A DNA stretch of 64,000 nucleotides from Lama guanicoe. Taxonomy: Eukaryota. The notes beneath the pieces were generated by a model, which ran no database searches, was not told where the DNA came from, and was given only the letters and a program-made list of their open reading frames with translations. The stretch lies in assembly GCA_013239625.1 (NCBI GenBank), contig MU053810.1, forward strand, positions 1,561,518-1,625,517, written 5' to 3'. Position 1 is the first letter of the stretch; the number at the start of each line of letters is the position of its first letter. Below, piece by piece: positions 38,801 through 51,968 of the stretch. A program made the translations under genes and the position numbers.

Positions 38801-41800
38801 CTTTTCTAATGTAATTTTGTTGATTGTGGTTTATTTACAATGTTAGTTAAATTGCGTAATCAGCATAAATGTATGCAATCATGCAGTTTAATTAGGAAAT
38901 GTTATTTAGGAAAGTAATGACAGAATTCAGATATTTGTAACATTTTAGAAATTCTTGGGAACTTTATTTTAAAACCGCTATTTGAGTGGTAGCTGATATT
39001 CACACCGAAGTATTTCTCTTTTCCAAAAAAAAAAAAAAAAGTCTTGTTAAATTCAGTGGAGTAAAATATAATGTTAAAATATGATACAGTTTGTAAAACA
39101 CCAAAATTTCTTGACTGAATTTATACTGATGTTCCTTCCGTTTTATTTTTCATATCATTTCCCCAGTATTTGACTTGAAGTTTCCCATTCATTATGATAG
39201 AGGCTATTTGGAACATGATTTTTTTTAAAAAACTCAAAATCATAGGTTTACATGGAGAAATATTTTTTTCACTGTCAAGATATTTCACCCATAATTGAGT
39301 TAGTCTTAAGGGGAGCTGGGCAAGTAGGTGAATTATGCAAGTTGTTAGCTAGTAAATACTCAAGAAGTACTTAATGAAGTGAATACATCTTTGTATATAA
39401 AGTATTTCTTATTTAAATATAAATAAGAAAGTGTCAGTTTTGTTTAATGAATTATATGCTTTCTGCTGTAACTAATATTTATGAACCCTTACTTCTCAAC
39501 GCCTTTGATATTCAGAAGCTTAAATCTTCTCTGTGATTTTTTTATAGGACTTTTTTGTAAAGTTATTTGGAGATATCAAAGCTGAATAGATTTTCCCGTT
39601 GCTTTATGATTCTAAGGCCATGTGAAGATATATTGCATTAAATATATGAATCAAATGTGGGAAGTAGAATAACTTGGGGGAAGATTACTTTTTCTTACTG
39701 TATTAATCTCTCTGAACATTTTAAAGGACTCTGAAGTTAGACTGTTGTAACACTGATCTTTTACTTGATGAAACTTATATAGAAAAAGGTGAAAAAAGTA
39801 TAGGAAATTGTGCAGAAATTAGCAGGGCTGCTTCTAATTTTCTCAAGAAATAATCCAACGTATCTAAGTATACAAGGCTAAGAATTTTAAGCAGAGAAAT
39901 AAGATCATCTTAAGCAAGAGCTGCAGTGATGGAAAATGCCAGGCCGCCACCCCAACTACATCATGACATCGCCCAGGGAAACAGACAGACTGGACAGCTT
40001 GGACAGTTTTAGCAAACATTTATTATAATAATAAAAAGGAGCACAAAGATGAATAGAGGCATGACACTTTTCCCTGGATAAGTTTATGGTAGTTTGTGGA
40101 GAAATGGTACTTAATCAATAATTACACTGTAATGAGAAGAACACAGCAATGGGTTTGAATAAAGTTCTACAAGATCATATTAAAATAACACTGCCTAGGA
40201 AAATTATCTGTTGGTAGTGATGAAAGTCTTTACCAAGACAGAATATTTGAACTTGACTTTCAGAAAGTAGAGACTTAGGGCTCTTTTTCCCCCTTGCCAT
40301 AAAAGTAACACACTGTAGAAAATGTATAAAATAAAGACACGTCAAAAGGTCCAACTGAATAGAACTGCTTCCAACTTGCATAACACAGAACTACTGGTAA
40401 TACTATAATGTATTTCTTTCTCTTTTTTTTTTGCTTGTGTATACATATGTATATGTTTTTCCTTTTATCCAATTCAAATCGCACTATATACAGTTTTTTA
40501 ATAATACTTATCATAAATCTTTTTGCACATCCAAGAATATTTCCACAGTATCAAATCCTAGAAGACCTTTACTAAGATTGAAAATATGCACCTAGGAAAT
40601 TTTGATTAAAATTGGAATCTCCATACCAATGTTAGAGAGTAAAATACATGTTTCAAAAAAATTACCTAATCAAGTACTGACAAGTACAATTTTACAATTA
40701 ATCTTTGTGAATGTAGTATATGAAAGAATTATAATTTATTGCGTTTCTCTGACTTCTTATATTGTCAAACTTATTAATATATTTATTAATATTTTTTGGC
40801 TATGAATGATCTATTTATGGCATTTGGCCACTTTTAAAAAATTGAGGACTAATCTTTCAAAAAATTTATTATGAACAATATATTTGTACATGTTAAGATA
40901 AACTATATGTGATTAACATTTTATAGATAAAAAAATTGAATAGATACACATAGCATTAATCTTGACATGTACTACTGATGTTTTTCCTGCTGGCTTTTTA
41001 AATTTGTGTGGAACTGAAATAGGACTGTTTAAATTTTCTGCTTTACATTCTTCAGTGGCATTCTATTATGTTTGTGTGTTTTGTGTAATGACCAAGTCTC
41101 AAAGTTGAGTATCTTAAGACTATATTTTGTTCAGCCTATATTATCAACCCTGGCACACAGCAGGAAGCCCCAAAATATAGAGTCTGTGGTTGCATTTTTC
41201 ACCTTTACCCAGGAATAACATTCAACATTTAACAACTAATACTATCTGTTTAGTCATGATGGGAACCCATCAGGTCATAGGGGTGAGCGCAGATCTGGAG
41301 GCCCTGTCAGACCCGGAGTTTATCCCTTAGTTGTTGGACTATGTGGGGATTATGTGGGGGGCATTGCTCATTATTTGGGGGGAGGAGTAGGACATGGCGG
41401 TGCAGTTGATCTGTTAATTTGTTCAGGTTGAACTTCAGAATCAAATTTCAGAAAAATACTTCTGGGTTTGAGTCTAAGAATACAGTGTGCCTTCCACTAA
41501 CTAAAGGCATCCTTTAATTAAAAAACAGACCCTGAGTGGTTGAGTGACATGCCCGAGGTTACAAAGCTATAACCTTAGGACCGTAACTTTTTACAATGTA
41601 AACATTAGGGACACTTTTGTGAAGAGGGAATTACAGGGGCCATTGGCTGCTCGTCTAAGTCCACACGAATCCCTGGAGGTCATTCACGTAAACACATTTG
41701 GGGCTATTTTGATAATAGTATAATTTAAATTAGATAAAATTTTAAAAACGTAATCTGATAGAAATACATGCACTGGCTGTCGTGGGTGGTCATTGGCTAA

Positions 41801-44351
41801 GTCAGCCTGGCTCAACATTGAGCCATTGTGGATCCGACCCCACAAACTGAATCTGGTCTCGTGACAACCTGCAGTGAGACTGAGTCTATCAGACATCTGG
41901 CAGCCATAATTTACTAGAAGGCCCCCAGTGATTTGGGCCCAGGGCATTTGGACATCATCTCTGACATGGGGCATCATTATAACAATTGATTCCATCTGGC
42001 CTCTTCTGGCTCAGAAGACTCAGATTTTCCTTAGAGGCTATTGGCCAGGACTGGTCATTGTTTACAGAATTTTCCATCTCCCTTGGCTGGCAGAGTCACA
42101 CTCTTCATGCCCTGGGACTTAGCTTTTAATGCAGATCCCTCATTTTAAAATCAGCCATTCTGAATACAGGAAACAAGGATAGTTGAGGTTGGCTACTGAT
42201 AAAGAGAAGTGTTAAGATATTTTACCAAATAGTTTTACTTTTTTATTGTGTTACAGACACTCTAAAGTCCCATAATACATGAACTTTCACAAATTAAATA
42301 GTAAACCTGAAAATGAATGTAGAATATTTAATATATGACCCCAAATAGCCAAAAATATGTTAACGAGAGATTTAGCTGGCCGGTAGATGATAGACCTTTA
42401 TAGCTGGGAGGGACTGTAAAAGCTATGAAGCTGCCCCCTTCTATTCTACACGTAACAGAGGTCACATACCTAAAAACTCCACGTGCTTTCTGAGTTCATG
42501 ATGCTATGTTTTCTACAGAAAATCCTAAGGATCTTATTAAAATATAGACTCTCACATTTAATTAAATGCTCTTTTCACTGTTTGTAGATTATGGCTAATG
42601 TGGAAATGAGTTTATTCTCCAAATCTGACAGATCTATCTGAAAAATCAGTGGATGGCCTGAGTTCTCTGACAACCATCCTTTTAATTATAAAAGGAAGTT
42701 ATCATCGTGGTAAAACAAGTTCTGAAGTCTACTTGAAGGAATTCAGTGTTTTGTTTTGTTTTTTTAAGATCCACAAGGCAATTAATAGAAAATGCTCAAT
42801 TAACAAGATTAATGATTTATTTTAATGTACTTCCCAATTTTTCAAGATATAATAAAAATATGACGAGTGTTAATATGCTGTCATTCCTGCTCTGTTTACA
42901 CATTGACACTGTCCCTTGCTCCCACTGGAGCATCAGCTTGATGGGACAGGGTCTCCCCTGTTTGCTTTCATGTGCTGGATTTTTGTTTACGTATTTTTGC
43001 TGTTTGTAATAGTGCGTTTTGCCTAATTTATTTATGTTTTCTTTTAGATTGTTTCTTTGGGTCGTATCATTAGGCTTTGTGACAGATTGCTAATTTGACC
43101 CCCTGAAAGGTGAATCAGAGGTGGGTTAGATAGCAGTTAAGACCAAGCCTGTCATTGGTCCTGCTCTGGTTACTTTCCTGGTCTATTATGTGCCTTCTCA
43201 TCCCCATCAATTTCCTCACACGTGAAATGGGGTAATAAAAGTACATGCCAGATACATTACTGTGTGCAAATGGTTGGAACCGTGCCTGACTGATTTAGCC
43301 AACCCTAAGGGAAGATGATTATTACTGATATTCTTATTATTAACCCATTATCAGAAGCAATGCATAGAACACGTCTGCTTTATAACTGTTAACATGGTTC
43401 TATTCTTTCTCTTTATTTTTAATGCTCTAGTAAATATGCAGCAGTACCTTAAAATTGTGTTAAATATTACTAACTCTTGCTCATAAGGCTGAGCGTGTTT
43501 TCCATTGGATAATTTACCATTTTTATGTGTAAAACTAAAATGTGTGCTTATACTTATTATTTTAGTTAATAGTAAGCTTGGAAAATTAAGTTTTTAATGT
43601 ATAAATTGGTTCTGTGCATATTTTGGATTGAGTGTTTGGTCTTCCCATTTTCCCATTCTTGTTTCGTATTTTTTCTTGAACAGCCTAATGTTCTTCACCA
43701 CAAAAATATTGCACAGGGACCAAGAAGCCTGCAGTGAGCCGGAAGCCAGAGGAGGGGAAGGGAGGAGAGTCGGGGTGCACAGGGGACTTCGGCCGTGGGT
43801 TCCCAAGCTCGGGTGTCTCGGAGACTGGACTCTGATGCTTCAAACTTCTAGAGCCGTCCTCCACTTACTTTCCACTTTTAACTTAAAATGTCCTTGTTTC
43901 AACTCCTTCATAGCTTTTCAGTCTCACTGGGCCATGCCCACATTCTTCAAAGACATGTGTTCTATTTCTTCCTGAGCTCATTAACCCAGAAAAACCCGAG
44001 ATGATGGACTGCAACCACGGGCGTCGCTAAACATCCCCCGACCAGCCAGCAAGCTGTTTTTGAGTCAGTCATATCCAAGAAAGAGAAGCTGTTATAGATT
44101 TGTTTTCCCATAGCTTTCTCCTCCGTCTGCCCTTTTATCTGACTGCTCAGAATCATGGTTAAAATCTTAAGAAGTTGGACAGCAACACCCTGTCTCAGAC
44201 AAACAGCAACTTGGATGGTTATTCATTTCCTCGTTCATTCATTTACTTTACAAAAAAACATTGGATATTTATTATATGTCAATGTCCATGTTTGTACCAA
44301 TGGGACAAAAAAATACAAATAAGATAGAGGACCGGCTCTGAAACATCTCTG

Positions 44352-44887
44352 TGTCAGGGGTCCACAGGGCCCCCCTCAGGTTTTAGTGATGTGCTAAGAG
44401 GAACATAAGACTCAGCTGTGAATTGTGACAGCAAAAGGCTACAAAGCCAATTCCTCAAAGGGAAAAGGCACCTGGGGCAATGTCTGGGGAAAGGGGGGCA
44501 GGTTTCCAAGCGCCCTCTCCAGTGGGCGCTCAGAAGCAGCCCTTCCCTCCTCCAGCGTCGAGTTGTGACAACACATGTGAATTACTATCCACCAGGGAAG
44601 TCCATTAGAAACTCAGTGCCCGAGGTTTTTATTGGGAACTATTCACATAACCGCCTTCTATCTAATATATACCAAAATTCCAGACTCTCAGAAGGAAGGC
44701 AGGTGTGCAGCATAAACAAGATTATTTGCCTAGGTAGGTTAGCCACAATGAGCCACTCTTATCTGTTAGAGAGATGTGAGAACCCTCCCCAGATCTGAGC
44801 TCCCAGGTGCCAGCCAAGGCCCAACCTTGCAGACAAGATTTTCTAAGGACAGCAGTCTCAGGCCTCCTGTGTTAGCTCTTGTGCACA
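44352..44887. mobile_element. MER21-like ERVL solo LTR inserted into an L2
   Basis: tgtcaggggtccac..accaaaattccagactctcagaaggaaggcaggtgtgcagcataaac..ccaaggcccaaccttgc..tgttagctcttgtgcaca. L2 sequence on both sides (~44220-44340 and ~44890-45390). Confidence 0.75.
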
Positions 44888-47325
44888 GTCTCACACTGGA
44901 GTCGGGATAGGCAAAGTGTTTAAGGAGTCCGGGTAAAGAGTTATTGGATTATAGAAGAAAACTCAATTAGCTTTGTCTGGAGGAGTCAGGGAAGCACCAT
45001 TTACCAGGACAATATTTGAGCTGGATCTGGAAGGAATTGTGAGAGTTCCCAAAGTCTGGGGTGAGGAAGGGCTTTCCCCCATGCAAGGTATTCACTGCAG
45101 GTGGAGATTATTGAGAAATTGTGTATCTTGGGAGTGTAGGGCATGGCGGGGGAGGCAGAGACAGGGAAGTGTGGTTAGAACAAGGACATGAGGTGTTTTA
45201 TAGTTGTGATGGGTGGGAAGGAGACATTAGAGGTTTTCATCATAAGGGAGATGTGAATAAATTCAAAAGGTATCTCTGGTAGGAGATGGAAAAAATATTG
45301 GAGAAGGAAGAGTTTGAAGAAAGTAAGACCAGGTAGGAGGCACAAGATGATGAGGACATGACCTAAGGGGCCTGTGGTGGATGCAAAGAATCACACGGGA
45401 AGCTTAACAAGAAAACGAGGTCTAGGTCCCCCTCAAACCCTTTACTGTTGCTGGACAAGACGTTCTGTGGGCTTTCTCTTCTGTAGCTGTCTTGCCCGGT
45501 AATGCTGTCGATTACAACCTCAAAGCACACTGCATAGCCAGCTCATTATGGGACAGGACCACGGATGTAACTCTTTGGGTAGAATTTCCTCTTCACTTCT
45601 GTGATCAACTGAGATGCAAAGCCATATGACAGGCTACCTTAGCCAAGTATTCTCATGTATCCTCCGATGAATCTAGCCAGTGATTCTGTTTGCAGTGAAA
45701 AAATTTAATGTTTCCGCAGAGGAGCCGCGAGGGTGATTTGGTCCACCTATGAAGTGCAGCCCACACTGTGTGTCAACAAGTGCAGTCGTAAAGGAGCCTC
45801 ATTACACAAGATGTGGGTCAGTTGATGTAGTTCCTTCTTGATAGCTCGACATATATTGTGTATGTGATTTGTATGCAAGACTCAAGAAATAGGGTTAAAG
45901 ATGCACTCAGCTATTAGTTAAATGTATGGTATTCAAATAAAATCATTTGGATAAGACACAGGTAGAAACCTATCCAGCCCAGAACAGCTTTTGTTCCCTT
46001 TTATTTTAAATGATTTGATTTTATAGGAGATGACAGCACAAAAGAGACTTGCAAGGTTTGCAAAGAATAGTATGAGGATGTACCTGAGTTTATTTTTTTA
46101 CTCTCAGATTAACTAGACATTATTGGGTTTCATAATGATGGTCTATTTAAAATATGGTAAAATACCTTCTTCAATAATACCTTATCTGCTATTTTTATTG
46201 AATAAAATACCCCCAGAATGTGTTAAGGTCAATTTATATATTAAATGTACAGAAATATGTCTTTAAGCTTTCTTTCTTTATATCCAAGTCCTTAGGTGCA
46301 TTTAATGTTTCCACGAGCTATGTGATTAACAACTACAGCAAAATGTGTTGGAGAAAATTATTTTTGAAGGTTTTCTGTCAGTGGTTTAATTAACATACAG
46401 TGGACAGAAAGCAGGCAATCTGTTCAGCCAGACTATTCAAAGGGCCCTCCTGTTGCTTTGGTTGTCACTGTAGCTGGGACGGGAAACACTATGGCATGTA
46501 TCCCTTCATCTTGCTTCTGAATGATTTGCTATGGTGGTGACTTCAGGAATAATTTAAAATATTTTTATGAGTTTGAAAGCCCATGAAGTGTGTAGGAATA
46601 ACTTGCCATGTAGATAACCAGGCGGTGGTTTTGCCAATTTTTCTCAGTCTTTATTTCTGAAAAGCGTCCATTTTCGATTTGCTTATCTTCCCTAAAAAAT
46701 CATTCTGAAATGGGATCAAAATCTAAGCCAATTTCCTACATCAGTCTTGATGAACCACGTACTGCTGAACTATGAACAAATAGGAATGTTTCCTCTATGC
46801 ACGATTGGATAGGCTTGCTTATTCATAACCTAACCAGAGAAAAAGAATTATGTCTAGAACAGCAACCCAAAGAAAATTTACAGAGGCCAGGCCCTAAAGC
46901 TCACAGATTTCTCGGGTCCTTCCTTAGATCCTATTTACTCTCAACAGTTTGAACCAGCAGGTGACTGAGTGATGGGTTTACAAAGTTGAAGGTAATAAAT
47001 TCTAGGAGGACCAAGTATGTCCATGATGGAGGCAAACCAATCAATGGTTGTAACAGCTGTTAACACAACAGTAAAGCAAGCAAGGAAAAAAAAATCATAA
47101 AACAAAGCGAAAAAATTAAAAATAAACAAACACCAAAACCCACCACTGTCTGGGGACTCACCCTTGTAAATACTAGACTCAGTGTTTATGCTTGTTTGAA
47201 ACAGGGGGCCTACCTGTCTGTCAAATTCACCTTCCCTGATAGTCCAACCAAAGGATGAGTCTGAATGTTCATCACAAAAGCAAAGGTTTGACACATTAAT
47301 CAAACTTCCCAAATTTGAACGTAAG

Positions 47326-47690
47326 TGATGCTAAAAGATAAACTGAGGCATATTACAAAATTTTAAGAGTTTACCTGAGCAAAAAATCAATGTCAGTGGG
47401 ACAGCGCCGAACTGCAAGTGATTAGGGGCACCCGGGGACTGGGCGAGGGGAGAAACTTTGATGCAGAAAAGGCAGAAGCGAAGCAAAGAAATTATTTGAT
47501 TGGCCATAGTTGAAGTGTTTGCCGGATTCAGAAAAGCCTTGGGAGTTTGGGACAGGTTGTCCTTAGGTTGCGATGTCTCAACCTTGAGGCCACTGCAGGC
47601 GAGGGTTTGGAGGGGGGGAGGTTTGGGTTTGCTTCTGTCGACATGAAGGCCACCTCAGCCTGATGGCCTCTTCGTTTAATGAATTTAACA
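47326..47690 (-). mobile_element. ERV1-like solo LTR
   Basis: tg..aaagataaactgaggcatattacaaaattttaagagtttacctgagc ... aatttaaca; TG...CA bounded with an internal tgattggcc box. Confidence 0.6.
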
Positions 47691-50287
47691 GTGGGGAATC
47701 TGGATTTTGTCTTCAAGTCTTGAAGCTGCTTTGATTTGTCCTCTCAGGTAAGAAGGCAGAGAGAAAATGAGAAAGGGGAATCAAAGTTGAGAAGCAGACT
47801 TCCTATGCAGACAGCTCCTCCAGTATTTTGTCTATCCCACACCCTGTACCAGGACCCCAGGGGCTAGCGTGATGTTACTGGCCTAGCAGACATCGTGGAA
47901 AGTACCATACTGTGTCTTGTGTTGTAAAAATAGGAAAGGTAAGGCTAAAATTAATAGCAGGCAATTAACCTCCAATGATAACATCTAGTTTAAAGAAACC
48001 AAGAGTTTTTGTGAAATTGTGCTGAAGATTTTAATGAAGACTACTTCTTTGAAGATTTAGGTATATTTTTTCTGATCTACATTATGAAGAGCCTACAAAC
48101 CTCTGGTTGGAGCCTTTCTCTTTCTGTGATTTTAAAAAGAACTTTAAAAAATGTTTCTAGGACTGTGTATCTAGGACTGTTTAATCCACTGACTGCATTG
48201 TATTTTCTATGTTTCTTATCTAGATTGGCATTCTAATAAGGACCCTGTATAGATTTTCCATTCTTCCTGCATGATTAGTTGTATGAGGTTAGCCAGACCC
48301 CTAGCGCAAGTCGAAAGCACATCTCTAAAGTTAACCTCTGTCATGCGATGAGGCCAAATCTGGTTGTTACAAAACTTTATTGCTTACTTTTGTTGGAAGC
48401 TGCCTCATATATTTTTGGTAATGAGGCAGGATACCTAAATAAAGCAAATAAAATTGCTTTATGTAGCTTTGCTTAGAATCATACATCTTAGAGCCTGACA
48501 CATACTCAGGAAAAGCTGTCTGCTTTTGCAGGTAAGATATTTTCATTTTCATTTAAACTATAGGGTAACTAAAGCACAGAGAGTTTTTATAAATTACACT
48601 ACAGCAAACCTAACAGAAAGAATTCCACCCCAGCTCTCCTGAATCCTTGTACCGTTTCATTACTTAATTCTACCTGGTCCTATTGTTGTGGCTCCAAAGA
48701 GACTGTCTGTAATCCATTCATTCATTCAGTCAACAAACATTTACTGAGCACTGTTAAATGGCCTGTGGGGGCAATGTCTTTAAAAAGAAACATTTTGTGT
48801 AGCAAGGATAACAGTACGGGTTAGAAGGAGTTATCGAACATTTTCTGTGTAAGAATGTTGGGCGGGGACCATGATCAACTCTTCCTGTAACTGAGTTTTT
48901 CCCCAGCCTTATGACAATTCTGTGAATTGAGCACAGTGCTACATTTTTTCTGGCTCTTGATTCCTCTCTGCAAAAGTTTTGGCTAGTTTCCATCTCCATG
49001 ATTCTTTTAAGCTCTAATATTCTATAGGCCATGGGATAGTCTAGATTGATGACATCATGGTAGTGTTTCTGTCTAGGCTGTGTCCATGAAGGCAGTAAGC
49101 AGTGGCAGATCTTTTAAATTCACAGTGAAATCAACGAATATTCCCTCTAGAAGAATAATTAGCAGCTTCCTGAGTTGAAAGGGAGACACTTTAGACCACG
49201 TGCCTGTGACCAGTAGTGGTAGTTTTAACAGTTCTAAGTAACTGGTTTAATGGTATTCTAAGCTGCATTAAATACACTTTGGCTTCTCGGAATGTTCTTG
49301 TATTGAGGGGAACATCATAGCTATAATTAAATCTCTGCTCTCTTAGCCCTTTTTGAACCCATATCCTGCCAGATATAAAGCCTGTCAATTCATATCTTTT
49401 GGTGATGGTTACCTAGAAGAGGGCCGTTCTTGGTCAGAAACTGAATTTCCCGTACTTGTGGAACACGTTCCCCTGCTGACCTCCTGAAATGAAAGACTAG
49501 GAGTCATGATTAAATCTAATTTTTCCTCCTGTAGTAGCAGGTTGAGCTGGGTCATCAAGGCCAGTCCCTGCAGATGGCTTTAAAATACCTTTGTGATTTG
49601 ATCTCCTTGCCTCCCCAGTTTCTCTAAGTGCCCATCACCGTCATCCTTTACCACCCTGACAAGATTCCAAGGAGAGAACAGCACAAATGAACAAGAGCCT
49701 TTGTGATGCCTCCTGAGGGCATTGCTTATTAAATGCGCTTGGCAATGACCCAAGTCTGACTTGTGAGCTACAAGGCAGGTTAGCACATTTGCGCGAAGAT
49801 GAGTCCATGTATTATTTAACCCACTCAGATACGTTGTTGTCGCTCTGCTGCCCAGCATAACCCACGTGAAAAAATATAAACTCACAGGTTAACGATGGCT
49901 GGTTTGTATCTTCACACGTGCTGGGAATCACTTGGTTTCATGGCTTTGTTTGGACTGTAGCTTGTTTTCTCAGAACGAGTAAAGCATGTTTATGAAGTGT
50001 GTGTGTGGCTAGCGGGGAAGGAGGGGAATACAAATGCCTTGCTTTCAGGCTTCACATCTATTTTGGGGACATTAACCACTGTCACAACTTACGGCGGGTC
50101 CTACAATTACATCCTACCCGGAGATGTTCATACCAAGTCAAGTATTGCAGTGAAACGGATTTCACTGTTACGCATTCGTTTCCTCTTTTCACGACTGGCA
50201 GAATATTTTTCTGCTCTATTAGAAAGCATGTGAATGATGCGTAAGTGGTAATTAATTCTTCTTCTTCTTCTTCTTTTTTTTTTCTAA

Positions 50288-50512
<225 letters not shown>

Positions 50513-51165
50513 TAATCTGAGTAACTGAAATGGATTAATAAGTATATGTCTTGTAAGGCACCCAAGTTCTATATATATTTTATATATATATGTATATATA
50601 TAAAAGCTCTCCCTTCAGCTCAATTCAGAGCTTTTGGACTTTTTTGTAAGGATCAATTTAACTCATTAATAAATGAGTCTGTAAAAATTCAGTCATTCAA
50701 TAATAAGGAATTATAATTATAGTAAATAAATAATATCTAGGCCATTTAATCACCTTACAAAGTCATTTACTCAGGAAACAGACAAACGTGGCTGGGTGTG
50801 GTGATGACAGTGAGGAGACAGACACAGAGGTCAATACAATGCAGCTCCTGCCTTCAAGGAGTTAACTGGATAAGAGGGTCAGAGTCTAAATGCCAGAACC
50901 AGGTCATCCCTGTGCCCTGTGACATGGACGGAGATATACACAGGCTAGTGTGGCATGGTGGAGGGAGGGACGACCTCCTAGGGACTGCGGGGTGGACTGT
51001 AATCAGAGAGACCTTGGAGTGGGCTTCTCGGCAGGGGCTTGGCAGATTGAGAGGAGTTCACCAGGTTGATAATCTGTCAGTGGTAAAAGAGAAGATTCCT
51101 GGCAGGACAAATTACACGTGCAATGGCTGTACCTTAGGACTGCATGGCATGGCGCAGAGCTGCAG

Positions 51166-51271
51166 GGGGTGACCACCTGGTTCGCCTGGGACTGAGGCCT
51201 TCCTGGGGTGTAGAACTTTCAGTACTAAAAATGGGGCTGTTCTGGGCAAACTGGGATGACTGGTCACTCTG
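51166..51271. mobile_element. MER94-like hAT MITE (duplicated at ~56618-56723)
   Basis: TIRs ggggtgacca... and ...tggtcactct; nested in an L2 fragment. Confidence 0.75.
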
Positions 51272-51502
51272 TGAGCGAATGTAATTCTTTGTTATGGTTG
51301 GAGCCATGAAGCGGAAGGAGCAGGGTGGTTGGAGATGGTTTGGTGAGTGTGGAAGTTTGCTGAAGGCAGATTTTAGGCACATTTTAGGGTTGCCCAGGGG
51401 CCTCAAGGGCAGTATTGCATTGCTTACGTTTCTGTAGTCCTTAGTATAACAAATAGTCAAAGAGGCTCTTGTCAGTACATTGGATATAACAAAACAGACA
51501 GG

Positions 51503-51968
51503 TGAATCTTACAGAAATCAGCAAAGACCACTCACATGAGAACAGAAGCTATTTTTTCAGTTTGTTATAGCAAGGGAGTGCGCCTCCGGGCACTTGCCTT
51601 TGGCAGAGACTCAAAAGCAGGCAGGGGAGTGGGAAGGTTTTTCAGTCACAAGGAGAGAAGGCGTCAGGTATGCTGTGACTGGAGGTCGCTGGCGTGGAGA
51701 AGCTGGCGGTGGGCTAGTCAGAAGCAGAGCGTCTGAAGCGATTGGTTTGGGGAACGCATTTGGCTTTCTGTGGCTGGTTCGGCGTTGGGCTGGTGCAGGG
51801 ACAAAAAGTAGGGAAGCTGTTAGTTATTAATCAAGTCCTCCCCCTTCTGGGCTGAGTGCTGCCAAGATGGTGTTCTGAGTCCCTGGGCCGGTCGCCCTAG
51901 AGGTTGGGGTCAGAGTTCTTTTGTCATCCCTGGTCTGGACATTGTCCGCTTGTATACTCTCTCACTCA
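51503..51968 (-). mobile_element. MER31-like ERV1 solo LTR (duplicated at ~56955-57420)
   Basis: cagcaaagaccactc..agtttgttatagcaagggag ... ggtcagagttc..tggtctggacattgtccgcttgtatac. Confidence 0.65.
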